A DNA stretch of 64,000 nt from Octopus sinensis. Lineage: Eukaryota. The position numbers were made by a program, and so were the translations under genes. Positions 13,442 through 26,940 of this stretch are shown in pieces; positions within the stretch are counted from its first letter, which is position 1; every line of letters starts with the position of its first letter. Under the pieces are notes generated by a model that saw nothing but the letters and a program-made list of their open reading frames with translations, did not search any database and had not been told where the DNA came from. The stretch spans positions 43,896,001 through 43,960,000 of the forward strand of contig NC_043000.1 in NCBI RefSeq assembly GCF_006345805.1, given 5' to 3'.

Positions 13442-13529
13442 ATCGGTTGAATGGACTGTGGGAAGCTTCATCTAAGACTGGGTTAAGACCCAGTCTTAGT
13501 TGAAGCTTCTCACAGTCCATTCAAACGAT
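13442..13529. repeat. Near-perfect inverted repeat (37-bp core arms, 4-nt loop)
   Basis: ttgaatggactgtgggaagcttcatctaagactgggt-taag-acccagtcttagttgaagcttctcacagtccattcaa; two mismatches in the core arms. Confidence 0.95.
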
Positions 13530-14419
13530 ATTGAAACATACAGAATTACGGCCAAATTTCTACATCTATAATTGCAGTGGCTGAAATACCTTTTGGAAGT
13601 AAACTTGAGTTTCATTTCTTTTTATCTCTGTATGTGTGAGTGCTTGTGCGTGTTTTTTGGTTTGTGCGTGTGGTTATGTGTGTATATGTGTGGGACTGTG
13701 GGCATTTGCGTGTGTATGTATGTGTGTGTCTGTGTTTTGGCTCAGTTACTAATATTGTTTTGTCATTGTTGGTGTGTTAATTTAGTGAATATAATTTAAG
13801 ACAAGTAGCATAGAAAGCAAATGTAGAATCTACCTGCAAGACATGTCATACCAACCTGAAAAAGAATATTTATATTCTCTACTCTCTCTCCCTCTCTCTC
13901 TCTCTCTTTCTCTATCCCTTTCTTTCGCGCTCTCTTCCTCTCTTTCACCCGGTCGCCGGGTTTCCTGGTCAATAACCATTTTTGTATAATTTTTAATGTA
14001 GTCTAATGCCAAGTGAGTTATCTCGTTACAGGAACTCTTTTCAAACGAGGCATTTTACGTTGTGTAATTGTAGATTATAAATGCAAATGGTGATTCATTA
14101 CTGTCCTCTAGCGTCCACGACTACATTTATTACCTGGATTCATGTAGGCAGCAATATTCTATGTGTAACGTGTTTTAAATTGACAATATGGAAGCACTTG
14201 CGTTTACAGGTGAAATAATAGCTGTCCTTTTTTTATGATCTAAATCGTTTTTGCTCACATATAAAACATTATGTATTAAAATATCTTTTATTCAGATTCA
14301 AGATTCCGAAATTCCGATTTCTATCAGCTATATGGCATTTAAATGACGTTATCAACAACAAAATATACATTCAAATTCGAAAGGTACACATCCTTACATA
14401 TATGAAAACACACGTGCGC

Positions 14420-14785
14420 TCACACACAGTCATACACATACACACACACACACACACACTCATACACACACACACACATCGACACGCACTCATACACATA
14501 TAAACACACATATATACAAGCAGAAAAGCATACGCAAAAACATAGAAACATGCATATATACATATGATATATGTATGCGTATATATATATATCTATGTGT
14601 GTGTGTGTCTGTAATATATATGCATATATATATATGTTTTTTATAATGTGTGTGTGTTTATACACACCCACAAACACGCACGCACACACACACACATATA
14701 TATATATATACATACATATACATATATATATGTAAGTATTATGTATGTATATATGTATGTATGTATGTATATGTATGTATAGACA
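14420..14785. repeat. Compound (CA)n/(TA)n/(TATG)n low-complexity tract
   Basis: Direct reading. Confidence 0.9.
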
Positions 14786-15229
14786 TACAGGGTTGTAAAA
14801 AATTGCCTTAAAACAATTAGATTTTTAAACCATCGTTTAGTCGTGTCAACCATAAAGTCTGATAACATATTTTGGTGTATCACAATCCACCATTTTTTTT
14901 TTACTTTATACAGGGAAGTCGAAAAAAGATAAGAATATTCATAACATAATACCTTCCAGTTTTATAGTTTTTATATGACCTATTATTATTATAATTTTTA
15001 CAGTTTCTTCGCCATATATATATATATATCTCAATTAAAGTATTATTGCTAACAGCAAACTTTAGATTTTCTTCTTTTGTTTCCTTGTCATTTGCATTTC
15101 TTTGCAGCTGCCAATGGAAAGTGATATGAAACTCCATGCTTGGCTATATTTTATCTTGCTAGTTTTTTCCAGTATCATGAAACGGGTAATATGTACGTGT
15201 AAGATGCGTCGATTTATTTCTGTGCCGGT

Positions 15230-15272
15230 ATGTTTATATGTATATGTCTTTGTATATAAATATATATATTTA

Positions 15273-15304
<32 letters not shown>

Positions 15305-15371
15305 AATATTTATACAAATATATATATCTACATATATATAAAGATAAATATATATGTTTATATATACATAC

Positions 15372-15436
<65 letters not shown>
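15230..15436. repeat. (TA)n/(CA)n tract
   Basis: Direct reading. Confidence 0.9.
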
Positions 15437-15440
<4 letters not shown>

Positions 15441-17009
15441 GCTTTTCTGACTCTATGCCTTTTTACGTAACTGTTTCGTGGTGAAGGCTGCAATCTCGTG
15501 CATTACAATTAACGCAACGTGTTAATCCGTAATTTTATTCTGTCAGAGATTTGCTAGCTGTTAACAGGTGGTTCTATAACTCAAACTTTTTTTAACTGGG
15601 TTCTAAAAAATATATTCAAATACATTCGTTGTGTTTTTTTCGATTTAACATATTTCTCTAGATTCCGAAAATTACCTATACTTACCTGGATCAGATTTTC
15701 CAAAATTAAACATTGTGTAAATCGAGGTACATTGATAGAGCCATTTGGAAAATTTAATATGTATTATACATTTCATATGTATTATACGTTCTACTGAAAT
15801 ATATTTGGTCCTAAATGAACTCTACAGTTATCAGTAGAGTCAATGTTTCTCTGAGCTAATTCTTTAGTATATCTGTCAAATAGATTTCATAATAAAAATA
15901 ACTGAATACGGTGGGTATAGGAGGAGAATATATATTTTACTTCCTTTGTCAACTATTCTGGATTTGATACCATATAGAAAATATTCAATGTGAAATGATT
16001 TAATTCTCAACCATATAAGCAAACCTCATGTCTAATTCATATTCTACTCGGTGACTAATTACATTTTTCTCCGATTTTAGCCATAAGTTATACGATCTTC
16101 CGTATTTGGATTGAAAGTTTCTCACAAATACACACGCACGCATTCACACACACACGCATACAAACGCAAACGAACACACACACACACACACACACGTACA
16201 CACATAATTATACGCACACACAAGCGCACACACACACACTTCCGTTACTCGCAACTTTCCTTTTCTTTTGTAAGTGACAATACCACTACATCTCCACATC
16301 TCATAACAAAGGAAGCTGAACCAGTGTTTGACTTTATGATTATTGCCGTGATGATCCTCCCCAGATACAAGATATGATGGTAGCAGTATATTTGATGGTT
16401 ATGTTTTTTTTTAAATAAAAGATAATGAAACACGCTACTTGTCATATGATATCTTTATGATGCTAAGAAATAAATTTAACTGTTATATTATTAGGAAGTA
16501 TTCCCTAGTGTGTTTTATATTTAGAGGAACTTACTTCAGAGTTTTCTTTTTGTTGCGTTTAATTTTCCTACATTATTTAGTTGTTAGTGTAAACCAAGAT
16601 AATAATAAAGTTCAGAAAATACAGAACAGATGTCTTAAAAACCTCTTAAACGTCAGACATGTCAAAACTATTATACTCTAAACACTCCGTCTTTATTTCT
16701 GTAATAACATCACTGCAAAATGCATATTATCGCATGGTTCCTATATTTACATTTAGATATATCTGACAGAAATCTCAAGTTTCATAACAGCAAAGCACTT
16801 ACTTGATTCTGTATAATTTCGAAATCCGTAGCACAGCAATTCTTTCCGAATAAATGACATAACTACTTCTGTATTTTCTTACTGGCGTGCACTAAGGAAC
16901 GTGTTAAGAAAGAACAAGCTTGGAAAAGATTAGTTAGCATGATTTGTAATGTTGATTGCAGCTTTCAGTTAGAATAAACCTACTATACACCAGTATATTC
17001 TCTATTCTC

Positions 17010-17403
17010 TATTACTTGTTTAAGTCATGTGACTGCTACCATGCTGGAGCACCGCTTTTAGTCGAGCAAATCAACCCCATGACTTATTCTTTGGAAGATT
17101 AGTACTTATTTTATCGGTCTGTTTGGCCGAACCGCTAGGTTATGGGGACGTAAACACGCCACCATCGGTTGTCAATCGATGTTGGAGGGACAAACACAGA
17201 CACGCAAACTTATACACACATGCATACATATATACATATATACGACGGACCTCTTTACGTTTCCGTCTACCAAATCCACTCACAAGGTTTTGGTCGGCCC
17301 GAGGCTATAGCAGAAGACACTTGCCCAAGCTGCCATGCAGTGGGAATGAACCCGGAACCATTGTAGTGGTAAGCAAACTACTTACTACACAACCACTCCT
17401 GCG
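17010..17403 (-). mobile_element. Full-length tRNA-derived CORE-type SINE (family A)
   Basis: Minus strand: tRNA-like head (gcaggagtggttgtgtagtaag..gggttcattccc), CORE-like cagcttgggcaagtgtctt, internal TA/CA tract, 3' tail gcggtgctccagcatgg..cagtc..gact.aaac. Confidence 0.85.
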
Positions 17404-17897
17404 CCTATTCTGATTATAATATATGCAAAAATATTCATAATTATTAGCTTTATTACATGTGAGCTGAATTGGGGAGATCATAGCGAAGCTTACCTTATCT
17501 GTTTTATTATGTCTCTGATAAGTATATCATAAGAAGCTTTACAAGTATAAAATTCATTGTGACTACATCAACGTAATGTCAAGGTACAAAGGGCTGTAAC
17601 TTAATAACGTAATGGTTTTCCTTTGATGTAATACTGATTCTTCTAAACAACCGATCTTTATAACTTAAACTATTGGTTCAATATTCTACATGTTTAACAA
17701 ATAAAGTCAATTTTATACATTAAATATTTTGATATCATCAACAACAAATGAATGAAAACGTTTATCCCCACCTGTGTGTGAATCAAGAACTCAAAGAGTC
17801 AGATAACATGTCACAATAATTTCCTTATTACACATTGAAGCGCATGCATCTGATACTGGTAATGGTGATATGTCGATGTGTATATATGTATGGTGAG

Positions 17898-18213
17898 GGC
17901 GCGTGGCTTAGTGGTTAGGGCATTCGGCTCATGATCGTAAGGTTGTGAGTCCGATTCCCGGCGACGCGTTGTGTCCTTGAGCAAGACACTTTATTTCACG
18001 TTGCTCCAGTCCACTCAGCTGGCAAAAATGAGTTGTACTTGTATTTCAAAGGGTCAGCCTTGTCACTCTCTGTGTCACGCTGATTATCCCCGAGAACTAC
18101 GTTAAGGGTACACGTGTCTGTGGAATGCTCAGCCATTTGCACGTTAATTTCACGAGCAAGCTGTTCCGTTGATCGTATCAGCTGGGACCCTCGTCGTCGT
18201 AACCGGCGGAGTC
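17898..18213 (+). mobile_element. tRNA-derived CORE-type SINE (family B)
   Basis: A box gtggcttagtgg, B-box-like gagtccgattcc, CORE-like tgtgtccttgagcaagacacttta. Confidence 0.8.
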
Positions 18214-18785
18214 TTTAAATATATGTATGTATAAGTAAAAACTTTATGAGTCATATCGTCACCGAAGCAATGTACGGATTTTCCTCTAATTTCAGCCAAC
18301 TGTTCATAAGATATAAAGCAGAAAGTGTGAGATAGCGAAGAAGGTTAAACAATGAGAAATAGGGGCGATAGGAAAATGCAAGTGCGTGAGACGGAGGATG
18401 CGAAGAAGGAGATACAAATGTTAGAGAAAGACGAAGAGAGGGGGGATATTTGAAGGGTGAAGCGAGTGAAATATTATTCGTTGGCAATTTTCTTCCACAG
18501 TAAATTTCCAAAACTAAAAACCCTAGGTGCCTTGTAGAATAGAGTAATGAGTTTAGGATTTCTTGTGAGTAAGCCTCATGATCAAAGCGGACAAAACGGA
18601 ATAGCCGTGGTGTTGAAGGATGAGGGTGATGTGCTAGATTAGTCATCTCTGCCTCGATAGCAGTAAGCAGGAATGTGCCCTCGGGCCGGGAAGGCAAAAG
18701 CTTTCTACTGACACACTGAAGAATCAGTCAACTTGTAGAGAATAGCTACCAAAACTCTCACCCTTCAGTGTTTGCAAATGATCAA

Positions 18786-19530
18786 GCCAAGGTGTGGTTG
18801 TGTGGCAAGAAGCTTGCTTTTCAATCACCTGGTTGAGGTTCAGTCCCACTTCGTGGTACCTTAGGCAAGTATCTTCTGTAGTCTCAAGCTGAATAAAACC
18901 TTGTGAATGAATTTGGTAGACGGTGACTGAAGGAATGCCATCGTATATATATATATATATATATATTGGAAGGTTTGGAGATGATGTACAGGTATTTTAT
19001 ATTAGAAGAAATGAGATACTCAGAAATTCGGATGGTTTTATATTTACAGATATTTATTTATATATTGCATGTTTTTATACATCATATAACTAAGATCATT
19101 TGAAAACCCCACTAGAATGGGAGAAAGCGCTAATATATGATCTAAGTTATAGGATGTATAAAAAAATGTAATATACAAATAAATATCTGTAAATATAAAA
19201 ACCATCCGAATCTCTGAGTACCTCATTTCTTCTAATATTTATATATATGTACGTGTGTGTATGTGTGCGTTCGTGTGTGCGTGCGTGTGTGTATGTATGT
19301 GTCTGTGTGTGCGTGTGTCTGCGTTTGTGCTTGTCCCCCACCACCAATTGACAACCGGCAATGGTACGTTTACGAACCCGTAACATGCTTGATCAATAAA
19401 AGAACCGATAGACTAAGTACCTTGCTTAAAAGACGTGTAACAGGGGTTGATTCATTCGTCTAAAAATCTTGAAAGGTGGTGGCCAGCATGCCCGCAGTCT
19501 AATAGATGAAAAAGTAAAAGAAATAAAATG
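18786..19530 (+). mobile_element. Family A SINE split by a MITE insertion
   Basis: The 5' half (18786-18965) and 3' half (about 19245-19530) match the 17010-17403 copy and are interrupted at the internal TA tract. Confidence 0.8.
18999..19238. mobile_element. Palindromic MITE (about 100-bp arms, about 37-nt spacer)
   Basis: tattagaagaaatgagatactcagaaattcggatggttttatatttacagata.. is the reverse complement of ..tatctgtaaatataaaaccatccgaatctctgagtacctcatttcttctaata. Confidence 0.85.
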
Positions 19531-21284
19531 TACATTTTCCTTCTTTATGCAATTAGATGGACAAATTTGCAACATCTCTGAAAGTATATTCTGAGCTATA
19601 GTTTTTTAATGGAGTTTAAATTTACAAAATATCTAAACCTCAATAAGTTTTTAAACATCTCCTTCATATGTGTACACTAAATTTAAAATGTATATTGTCT
19701 TCTAATTTAAGTTTGAAATTTTTTGTAGGGTAACGTTTAGTTGCTTCGGAAAGCGTTTACTCGACACGAATTCATGACTGATAATGCATATTATAGAAGA
19801 ATACGTGAAAGTTTGGTTTACATCGGCTAGATTCAATGAAATGAAAATGGCCACTAGAATAATAGAAATTTTTTATGTAACAAAAGCACAGGCTTCTGAT
19901 AAAATTTGTTGTTGAATAGTCAATGACAATTATATGTGCTGTACATTGTTTATCAATACCAGCATTAGGTATCGAAAATATAACCTAAGTCCACAAAATA
20001 ACCATATTCGTTGAACGATCCAAAATTCTCTGCAAACACCATTGTATTCATATCTACCGATTCTTTGAATATTCAATCGACACTTATGACATTACAGAAT
20101 ATTTAAGCGTCAGATAAGGAAAAGAAATAGATTTATGACAAACGATTTCTTGGAAGAACAAACTTTTTGGGAAAAATAATGTGCACCACAGAATGAATGA
20201 AAGAAACATAGCTATTAATTCAGTTATGTAGTGGTTGTCAGCTTCTTTTATGTGTAAGGAAATATTAAAAGCGAAAAAAATGTATAAAGAATCATGGAAT
20301 ATGTAGCTTATAATTTTTTGCAAATGGCAAGCAAAATATTTTTTTATATTAGCGAACTCCATTCTCAATATCTAGAAGTGGTTAAATAAATAGTAAATGA
20401 TTCGTTTTGCAAATATTCTTTTTGATATGCACAAAATGAAGTGGAGATGTCTTCAATCTTCAACAGACAGCTGAGTACAATCAAGCCCTTTAGCCAGTGT
20501 AAACTAATTTACAAATTATTTTTGTCAAAGAAAAAAGAGAGATTTGTACTGCCAAAATTGCAAAAGATTGAAATGTTAATGAAAAAGTTCGATCAAGCGT
20601 GTAAGCATGTAAATAGCTACAAATAGTTATGATTTTGGACAGAAGCATAAGATTACGTAAATACATACAAACACACACACACACACACGCACATATATAT
20701 ATAATAGCAAATATACCTGTCCTTTGGACGGTGCAATTATAATGGTACACTCCTGGAGACAGTTTTAGTTAGAAGTCATTTTAAATTGATACGCGTAAAA
20801 TGTATAATTACTATTAGCAGCTTATGATATGGTATTAAGAAACTCGGGTAATGAATAAAGTTTTTTGAATAAAAATTTGACAGTTAGTAATAAATGAAAG
20901 TCTATTAAATGGGATCGCAATTGAAGTAGGCATTAGAGTTCCTGTATCTTACTTTAAGCGTTTTGCATCATGTACTTATTTTTCTCGTATTTCCTGACAC
21001 AAATGCATTGAAACTTTCTTTCAATGAAAATCATACGTAATAGAGAAAAGCAAACATTTATTGCAAACACACAAATAGATTAATAGCATGTGCAAAAATA
21101 AATGCCAGAGCATGCTAATGAGCGAACAGCGTGCGTGAAGAAGAGTAATTGAATGTAATGTACTGTTAACAAAAATCAGAAAATGTAGCAAAATATCAAT
21201 GAAATACTCCCAGGAAGTTTGATTGCTCACGTTTACAGTTTGGCGTAGATATGAAGAATGAAGTAGAGGAATAACTACTGTAGA

Positions 21285-22530
21285 GTTGCTTTGCAGACGA
21301 CATTCATTGTTTTCCTTCAGAAGCATTGATGAATAAGTTGTCTGGATGGCCAACTCTGGAACAACCGACGTAGAACTGTCCATGTGAAAAGTAAGATGTT
21401 CGAAGGTCCAATCCGAAAACTTTCAGCTGCTGGCCTTGAGCTTTGATAATTGTCATGGCGAAGTTGAGTTTCAGATGGTACTGAAGTCTCTACATAGGGT
21501 ACAGGCAGCCTCTTGGGGTTAGCGGAATTTTCATAATGAAAACGGCATAGTTTCTGCTGTGACCCGTGATAATTTGAGCTTCAATGATGTGGCCCATCAT
21601 TTATTTGAGCAGAAGGCGAGTTCCATTTCATGGTGTGGGTGCGTTTGGATTGCGTAGGAAGATGAGAGGGCAGCTAAGTTTTAAGTGAAGTTCATAGGGA
21701 GGGAATATTGGAGGATCTTGAGAGTTGAGAAATTCTGTTAAAAATTGTGTAACCTGATAAAGATCTGTAACGGTGTCACAATCTGGTTATATGTATTCCG
21801 TTTTAAGATTTGGGTGACGGGAAGAACATAAGTCATCAGGGCTGGATTCAGTGTAGACAAAGGTGGTAGTGTCAATGTATCCGTTGTCATCGTCCGTAAT
21901 TTGTCCATTGCCGATTTTAAGGAGCATTTCCGAAAACGGGGTTGTAGGCTGACCAGTCTCTAGGAGTGATAGTGAGTTGTTTTGATTGGACATGCGATCA
22001 AAGGAGGGATTTTTTTAAAGCAGATATTATGTTCATCAGCTTGTGTTCCTTTAGGCATAATAGAGTTTGTAGAAAATCTCAGCAAAAAGTACAGTCGCAC
22101 TTCAAAGGATGTTGTTGTTTGATCTAAGGATTCTCATTGTGGTATGAAGTGCTCGTAGGGAACATTTATAGGCCATAGTTGCTTCATCCCAAACAATGAG
22201 TTTGTACTTTTCCAAAACTGATGCTTCGTCCGAGGAATGCAACACGTGGGACGTTTGGTTTTCTTGATGTGGCACATTAAAAGGCAATTTGAAGGTAGAG
22301 TGTGCTGTTCGTCTGTCATCAAGAAGTGTCGGGGCTATTTCTGAGGAGGCAACAGCAATAGCAAGGTCATTATAATGCTGCAACTTCACAAGATGAAGAT
22401 TCAGGAAGAATGTTTTTCCAGTTCTACCGGCTGCGTCTAAGAAGATAATTCCGCCAGTGTGTGCGTAGATGTTTCGGAGGACGAAATTTGGCGATCGTCC
22501 GAGATTATTCGCAAAAATGTCAAACTAAGC
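21285..22530 (-). mobile_element. Helitron RepHel remnant (PIF1-family helicase domain)
   Basis: GGIIFLDAAGRTGKTF (Walker A), AIAVASSEIAPTLL..RTAHSTFKLP, LIVWDEATM, FAMTIIKAQGQQL, FSHGQFYVGCSRVG, in the correct order with frameshifts. Confidence 0.9.
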
Positions 22531-23099
22531 ATCTGATCCAACACCTCTTAAGGTATAAGGTTCTGTAAAATCTGTAAAATGCTATAATTTTTTTCTGTTT
22601 TTGTGAGTGAAACGTACATTTCGTTTGATGTCAGGATAACATAAAAGAGGGAGAAAATTGACAGGGACGTACGTATGTGTTATTGGGGGGGGGGGGCTAG
22701 GCAGAAAGTGTGTGTTGTGTGTATGTGAAAGGGAGAGAGAGAGACAGGAAGAAATATGTGTGTTGCTCTGTGTGTGTGAAGGAGAGAGTAACATAACCAG
22801 GTAACCTGGGGAAACACCACGTATGTAATTTGAATAATTAATTATGTATGTAACTGGCCACGCATTCATGTGCACATGTTAATATTTATAAGCAACATAA
22901 GTAATGCCTACATGACACATACACGGAAAATAAAAGAAAAAATACCGTACGAAACAAAAGCAAAGCGATTTCCCCCCCAAAAAAACGAAGATAAACAGGA
23001 GCAAAATAATCCCTCAGTTTAAAATATATCAAAATTCTTATACCAGGAAAAAGCTACCAAAAAGTGTAGAGGCAATTTTCAATCTATATTATAAATATA

Positions 23100-25960
23100 A
23101 CCATTCGAGAAATAAGGAAACGGTGTCAGGTTAACTCTGAACAAACAGACCTGTCTCCTATTGTCACTGTCAATGCATTAAGGATAAGCCAAATCTCATG
23201 CCGGATCGGTCATCACCCGGGGCAACAAGGACCGTCTTACTCAGTGGTGAACGAGACTGAGGTTGAAAAGTCTGCTGCTGGAACAAACACTCTAAAAACT
23301 GATCTACTAGGTAATCATATACAAGATAACCCTAACCCTAGACCTGTAGTGCCGCCACCAAAAACACCACCTAAAGCAAAACACATAAAATAGACTACAG
23401 AGGATTATAGAAATGTGATGAATGTTTTATATACAACCCAGCTGAACACCAAAAATAACGACAGAGTACAAACTTACATTTCGTGGGAAATTTAGTAGGC
23501 AATGAAGTACGCAGGTATTTAGATGCAAATAAACTCAGTAATGTACATAGAGATATCTTTAAGAATAAAAGGTTAACTGGCGCTGAAATTAGCCAAATTA
23601 GGACACCAATATCTCCTGACACACCAAATGAAAACAGCAAGAATGCAGATGAAATAGGTAACAGATACACAGACTCCAGTGTACGATCAGTACTACCCAA
23701 CGAGGAAGCCGAAGAAAGAATAGCGAAAAACAGATATGCGGGAAAAGAGAGGAAAAACTAAACCTACCTTAAAAAAATAGAATAGCTATGACTGTATTTG
23801 AAGTGAATAATAAACAGGATATCAAAGGTGCAAAAGAAGATATTATCAGAGAACTCAGCGAGACCGAGTCTACTGATATGATGAGAACCAGTGGTAAAGT
23901 TCTCAAACAATATTAAAAGAACAGCGTAATCATGATATATAATGTTGCTCTTAGACAGATCTTAAGTAATAAGTTAAATGATCTAAGAACCTTGAATAGC
24001 CTCACCTCATCTACTACTGAAGTTCTACCTGCTCAATTAGGTATCAGGATGACACAGAAGAGACCAACCGTGTCAATAGTCTTCCTATGTGGAAAGTAGC
24101 AATACAAAAAGAGATCGAATCTCTGCGGGCGGATGTATTAGTTCTCGGTGAAGTTGCTAAATGTTAAATGAGCTAGAAAAGTCAAGCAAAATATATAAGA
24201 TTAAAGATTTTATAAACTTCCCTGCAACGAAGGAACAATTCAAACAACGAGTACACCAGAAAGTGCAAAGGCTTCGATGTTATGACAAAAGAATAAAATT
24301 TTAGCGACAAAACAAGTTATTTAAGACGGATACAAAGATTTTATAAGGGAATTTTCAAATGGAAGATAGAAGTAAAGCAGCGTCCTAAGGCTGAAGAAAT
24401 GGAAATGTCTTGGACGAAGTTATAGAGTAACAAAAAAGAATATAATGCTAAAGCTGACCGGATAGAGCTCGAAAAAGTGAAACTGCTTGAAGTTGAAGAG
24501 CAGAAATTGGAAGAGATAGGAAGAGAAGGGCTAAGATGTGTTATTAGGAAGTCTCACAAACAGAACAGCCCAGGGCTGGGCCGATTTTCTAACTTTTGGC
24601 TAAATTGTCTGAAGGTGTACACCAAAGTTTCGCTGCATATCTGATTGATGTCATGCACAACCCAGAGCAAATAACTGCCAGGTTGAGCCAAGGAACAACA
24701 TACATTCAGCCAAAAATTAAAGACAAATAATCCAAAGAAATACTGACCAATAACATGTCTCAACCCCACTTACAAGATCCCTACATTCATATTAACTGAC
24801 AGAATATACACTTTCTTGCACAGAGATCTATCCTTCCACAAGATTAAAAAGGATGCAAAATAAATTCTTATTGGTGCAAAGATTAATTACTCACACGTAA
24901 AATGATTGTAGAGAAATGGCGGGGCAAAGAGAACCTAAGTATTGTATGGATAGATTACAAGAAAGTGTTTGACAGTGTCCCATTCAAATGGGTACAATTG
25001 AGATATATAATATCTCTCCTGACATCTCTAAATTCTTTCAAGGTAGCATGGCCAAGTGGAACAGATGTCCCCTGCGAAACGATAGTAATGTGATGAGCCA
25101 AACTAACAACATCAACATCAAACGAGATATCTTTCAAGGTGACTCTCCCTCCCCATTGCCATTTTGTATGTCACTGATTCCACTCTCAAATGAACTAAAT
25201 AATATCAGGTATAGGTTCAACGTTTACAATACGAAAGTAAACAATTCTGTTTTACATGGACGATCTGAAGCTGTTTGCTAGATATGACGAAGTGCTAGTA
25301 GAGGTGTTAACAACTGTTAAAAATTCAATAATGACATCGGGATGGAATTTGGTCTTGATAAATGAGCTAAAAAACTGTTTTCGGAGGCAAGTTCAGGCAA
25401 AAAGCCTCCAGTAAATTAGATACCGACACTACCATCAAGGAGTGTGATCCACAAGAAAATTACAAATACCTGGAGATTAACGGAGATGGTATACAACATG
25501 TCATCATGAAGGTGAAAATAAGAAAGGCATATGACTGGCGTATAAGACTCATACTAAAACTTGAACCCAACTCTAAAAGTCGTATCGAAACCATTAACAT
25601 CCTGATACTTCGAGTAGTCCAATATAGTTTTAATAAATTTAACTAGAATCTTCCAAAGCTACAACGCCTGAACAGGAAGACAAGAAAACTAGTAACTTCT
25701 AACAACATGCACCATCCAAAAGCAGATAATGATCAACTATACCTACTCTAGAAGTGAGGAAGCGGAATGCTGCAGGTAGGACTGTGCTATAAGACCTCCA
25801 CAATAGCAATAAACCGGTACTTATCCAGTGCAGAGAAGTGGACGATGTGACTTGGGTGAAAACTTGAAAGTAGCAAAAATCACATTCCATTGTCGAGGAA
25901 GATTGCAAATCCGTAAGGGAACTTGGCAGTAATCTTGAAATATTGGAAGAACCTGAACCC
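23100..25960 (+). mobile_element. Long decayed R4/Dong-clade non-LTR retrotransposon (N-terminal region and RT), 3' end missing
   Basis: N-terminal YLDANKLSNV.RDIFKNKRLT..EI; RT motifs WIDYKKVFDSVP, IFQGDSPSPL.FCMSLIPLS, YMDDLKLFAR, GMEFGLDK, YKYL; many stops and frameshifts. Confidence 0.85.
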
Positions 25961-25987
25961 ATCGCCCATCATTTCCACATCTGCAAA

Positions 25988-26612
25988 TTCCGTAGCACCA
26001 ACTTTCGTCAACAGTGATGACCTTCGAAAAAAAACGTCCGCACTCAGTCTCGATTGCTTTTAATCGTCCATGAGAAAGCAGGTCATTAATTTTGCTGCAA
26101 CTCATTTCATTCAAAATTCCTCGCTCAGTATTCGTTGGCTGGAGCTCGCTGATACGTCATTCATATCAACAAATTTGTCGATTGTTCAGTGACGGCCCTC
26201 CAAGTGCACTTCATGAATTTTCGTGATATTGTCATACGTTCAGAAGGTCGGCAGTCGCCCTGAACGAAGTTGGTTTTCAAACGACAGCTGAGCATCCATA
26301 CAGCGTGAAAGACATTCGTAAAACTCTGTTTTGGTCAAGGCAGCCTTCTTGTAAACTATTTCAAATAAAACAAATGTTTTCCCTAGCAGAAAGCAAAATT
26401 TCACGGAACACGCTTCTCCTTCGTTTTAGTCATCACAAAGATCGCCGAACAGGGGCGAAACATTGCTAAAAAGAGAGACGCATACCGTAGCAGTCCGACA
26501 TTGAACGACGCCGCCGGTCGGCGAACTGATGACTGAGGGACGTATGAGAGGTCTCAACAGCAACTAGCTTGTCCCACAGAAAACGCTTCCGTTTAATTGT
26601 GTGTACCCCTAC
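25988..26612 (-). mobile_element. 5' part of a mariner element (HTH through first catalytic D)
   Basis: KFCFLLGKT N-terminus and FFSKVITVDESWCYG (ITGDExW motif); TIR-like end near 26612 next to a TA tract. Confidence 0.75.
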
Positions 26613-26620
26613 GTGTATAT

Positions 26621-26621
<1 letters not shown>

Positions 26622-26702
<81 letters not shown>
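26622..26702. repeat. (CA)n(TA)n microsatellite
   Basis: Direct reading. Confidence 0.9.
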
Positions 26703-26898
26703 CTAAGTAATTAAGGGTTTAGCAACGATTTGCCTCACCACACGCCAAATTTAGAAACAGCAGTCAAACAGTTATGGCTATTCTTTCTACTTAAAAGGGA
26801 GATCACTTAAACCTTCCTTGAATGGGGCTTTTACATGCCGAAATCTACTTGGTGAAATTAATGATTATTCAAAATTAATTAATTTCACCCTATATTAT

Positions 26899-26940
<42 letters not shown>

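Noticed and set aside
17898-17965. tRNA-like sequence, also at 62629 and 31144
   Set aside because: No complete cloverleaf or acceptor stem; continues into SINE or pLTR bodies, so these are not tRNA genes
18251-18697. 148-aa minus-strand ORF and an ADK-like PLE motif on the plus strand near 18585
   Set aside because: The ORF derives from purine/pyrimidine-skewed sequence with no domain; a single short motif is insufficient
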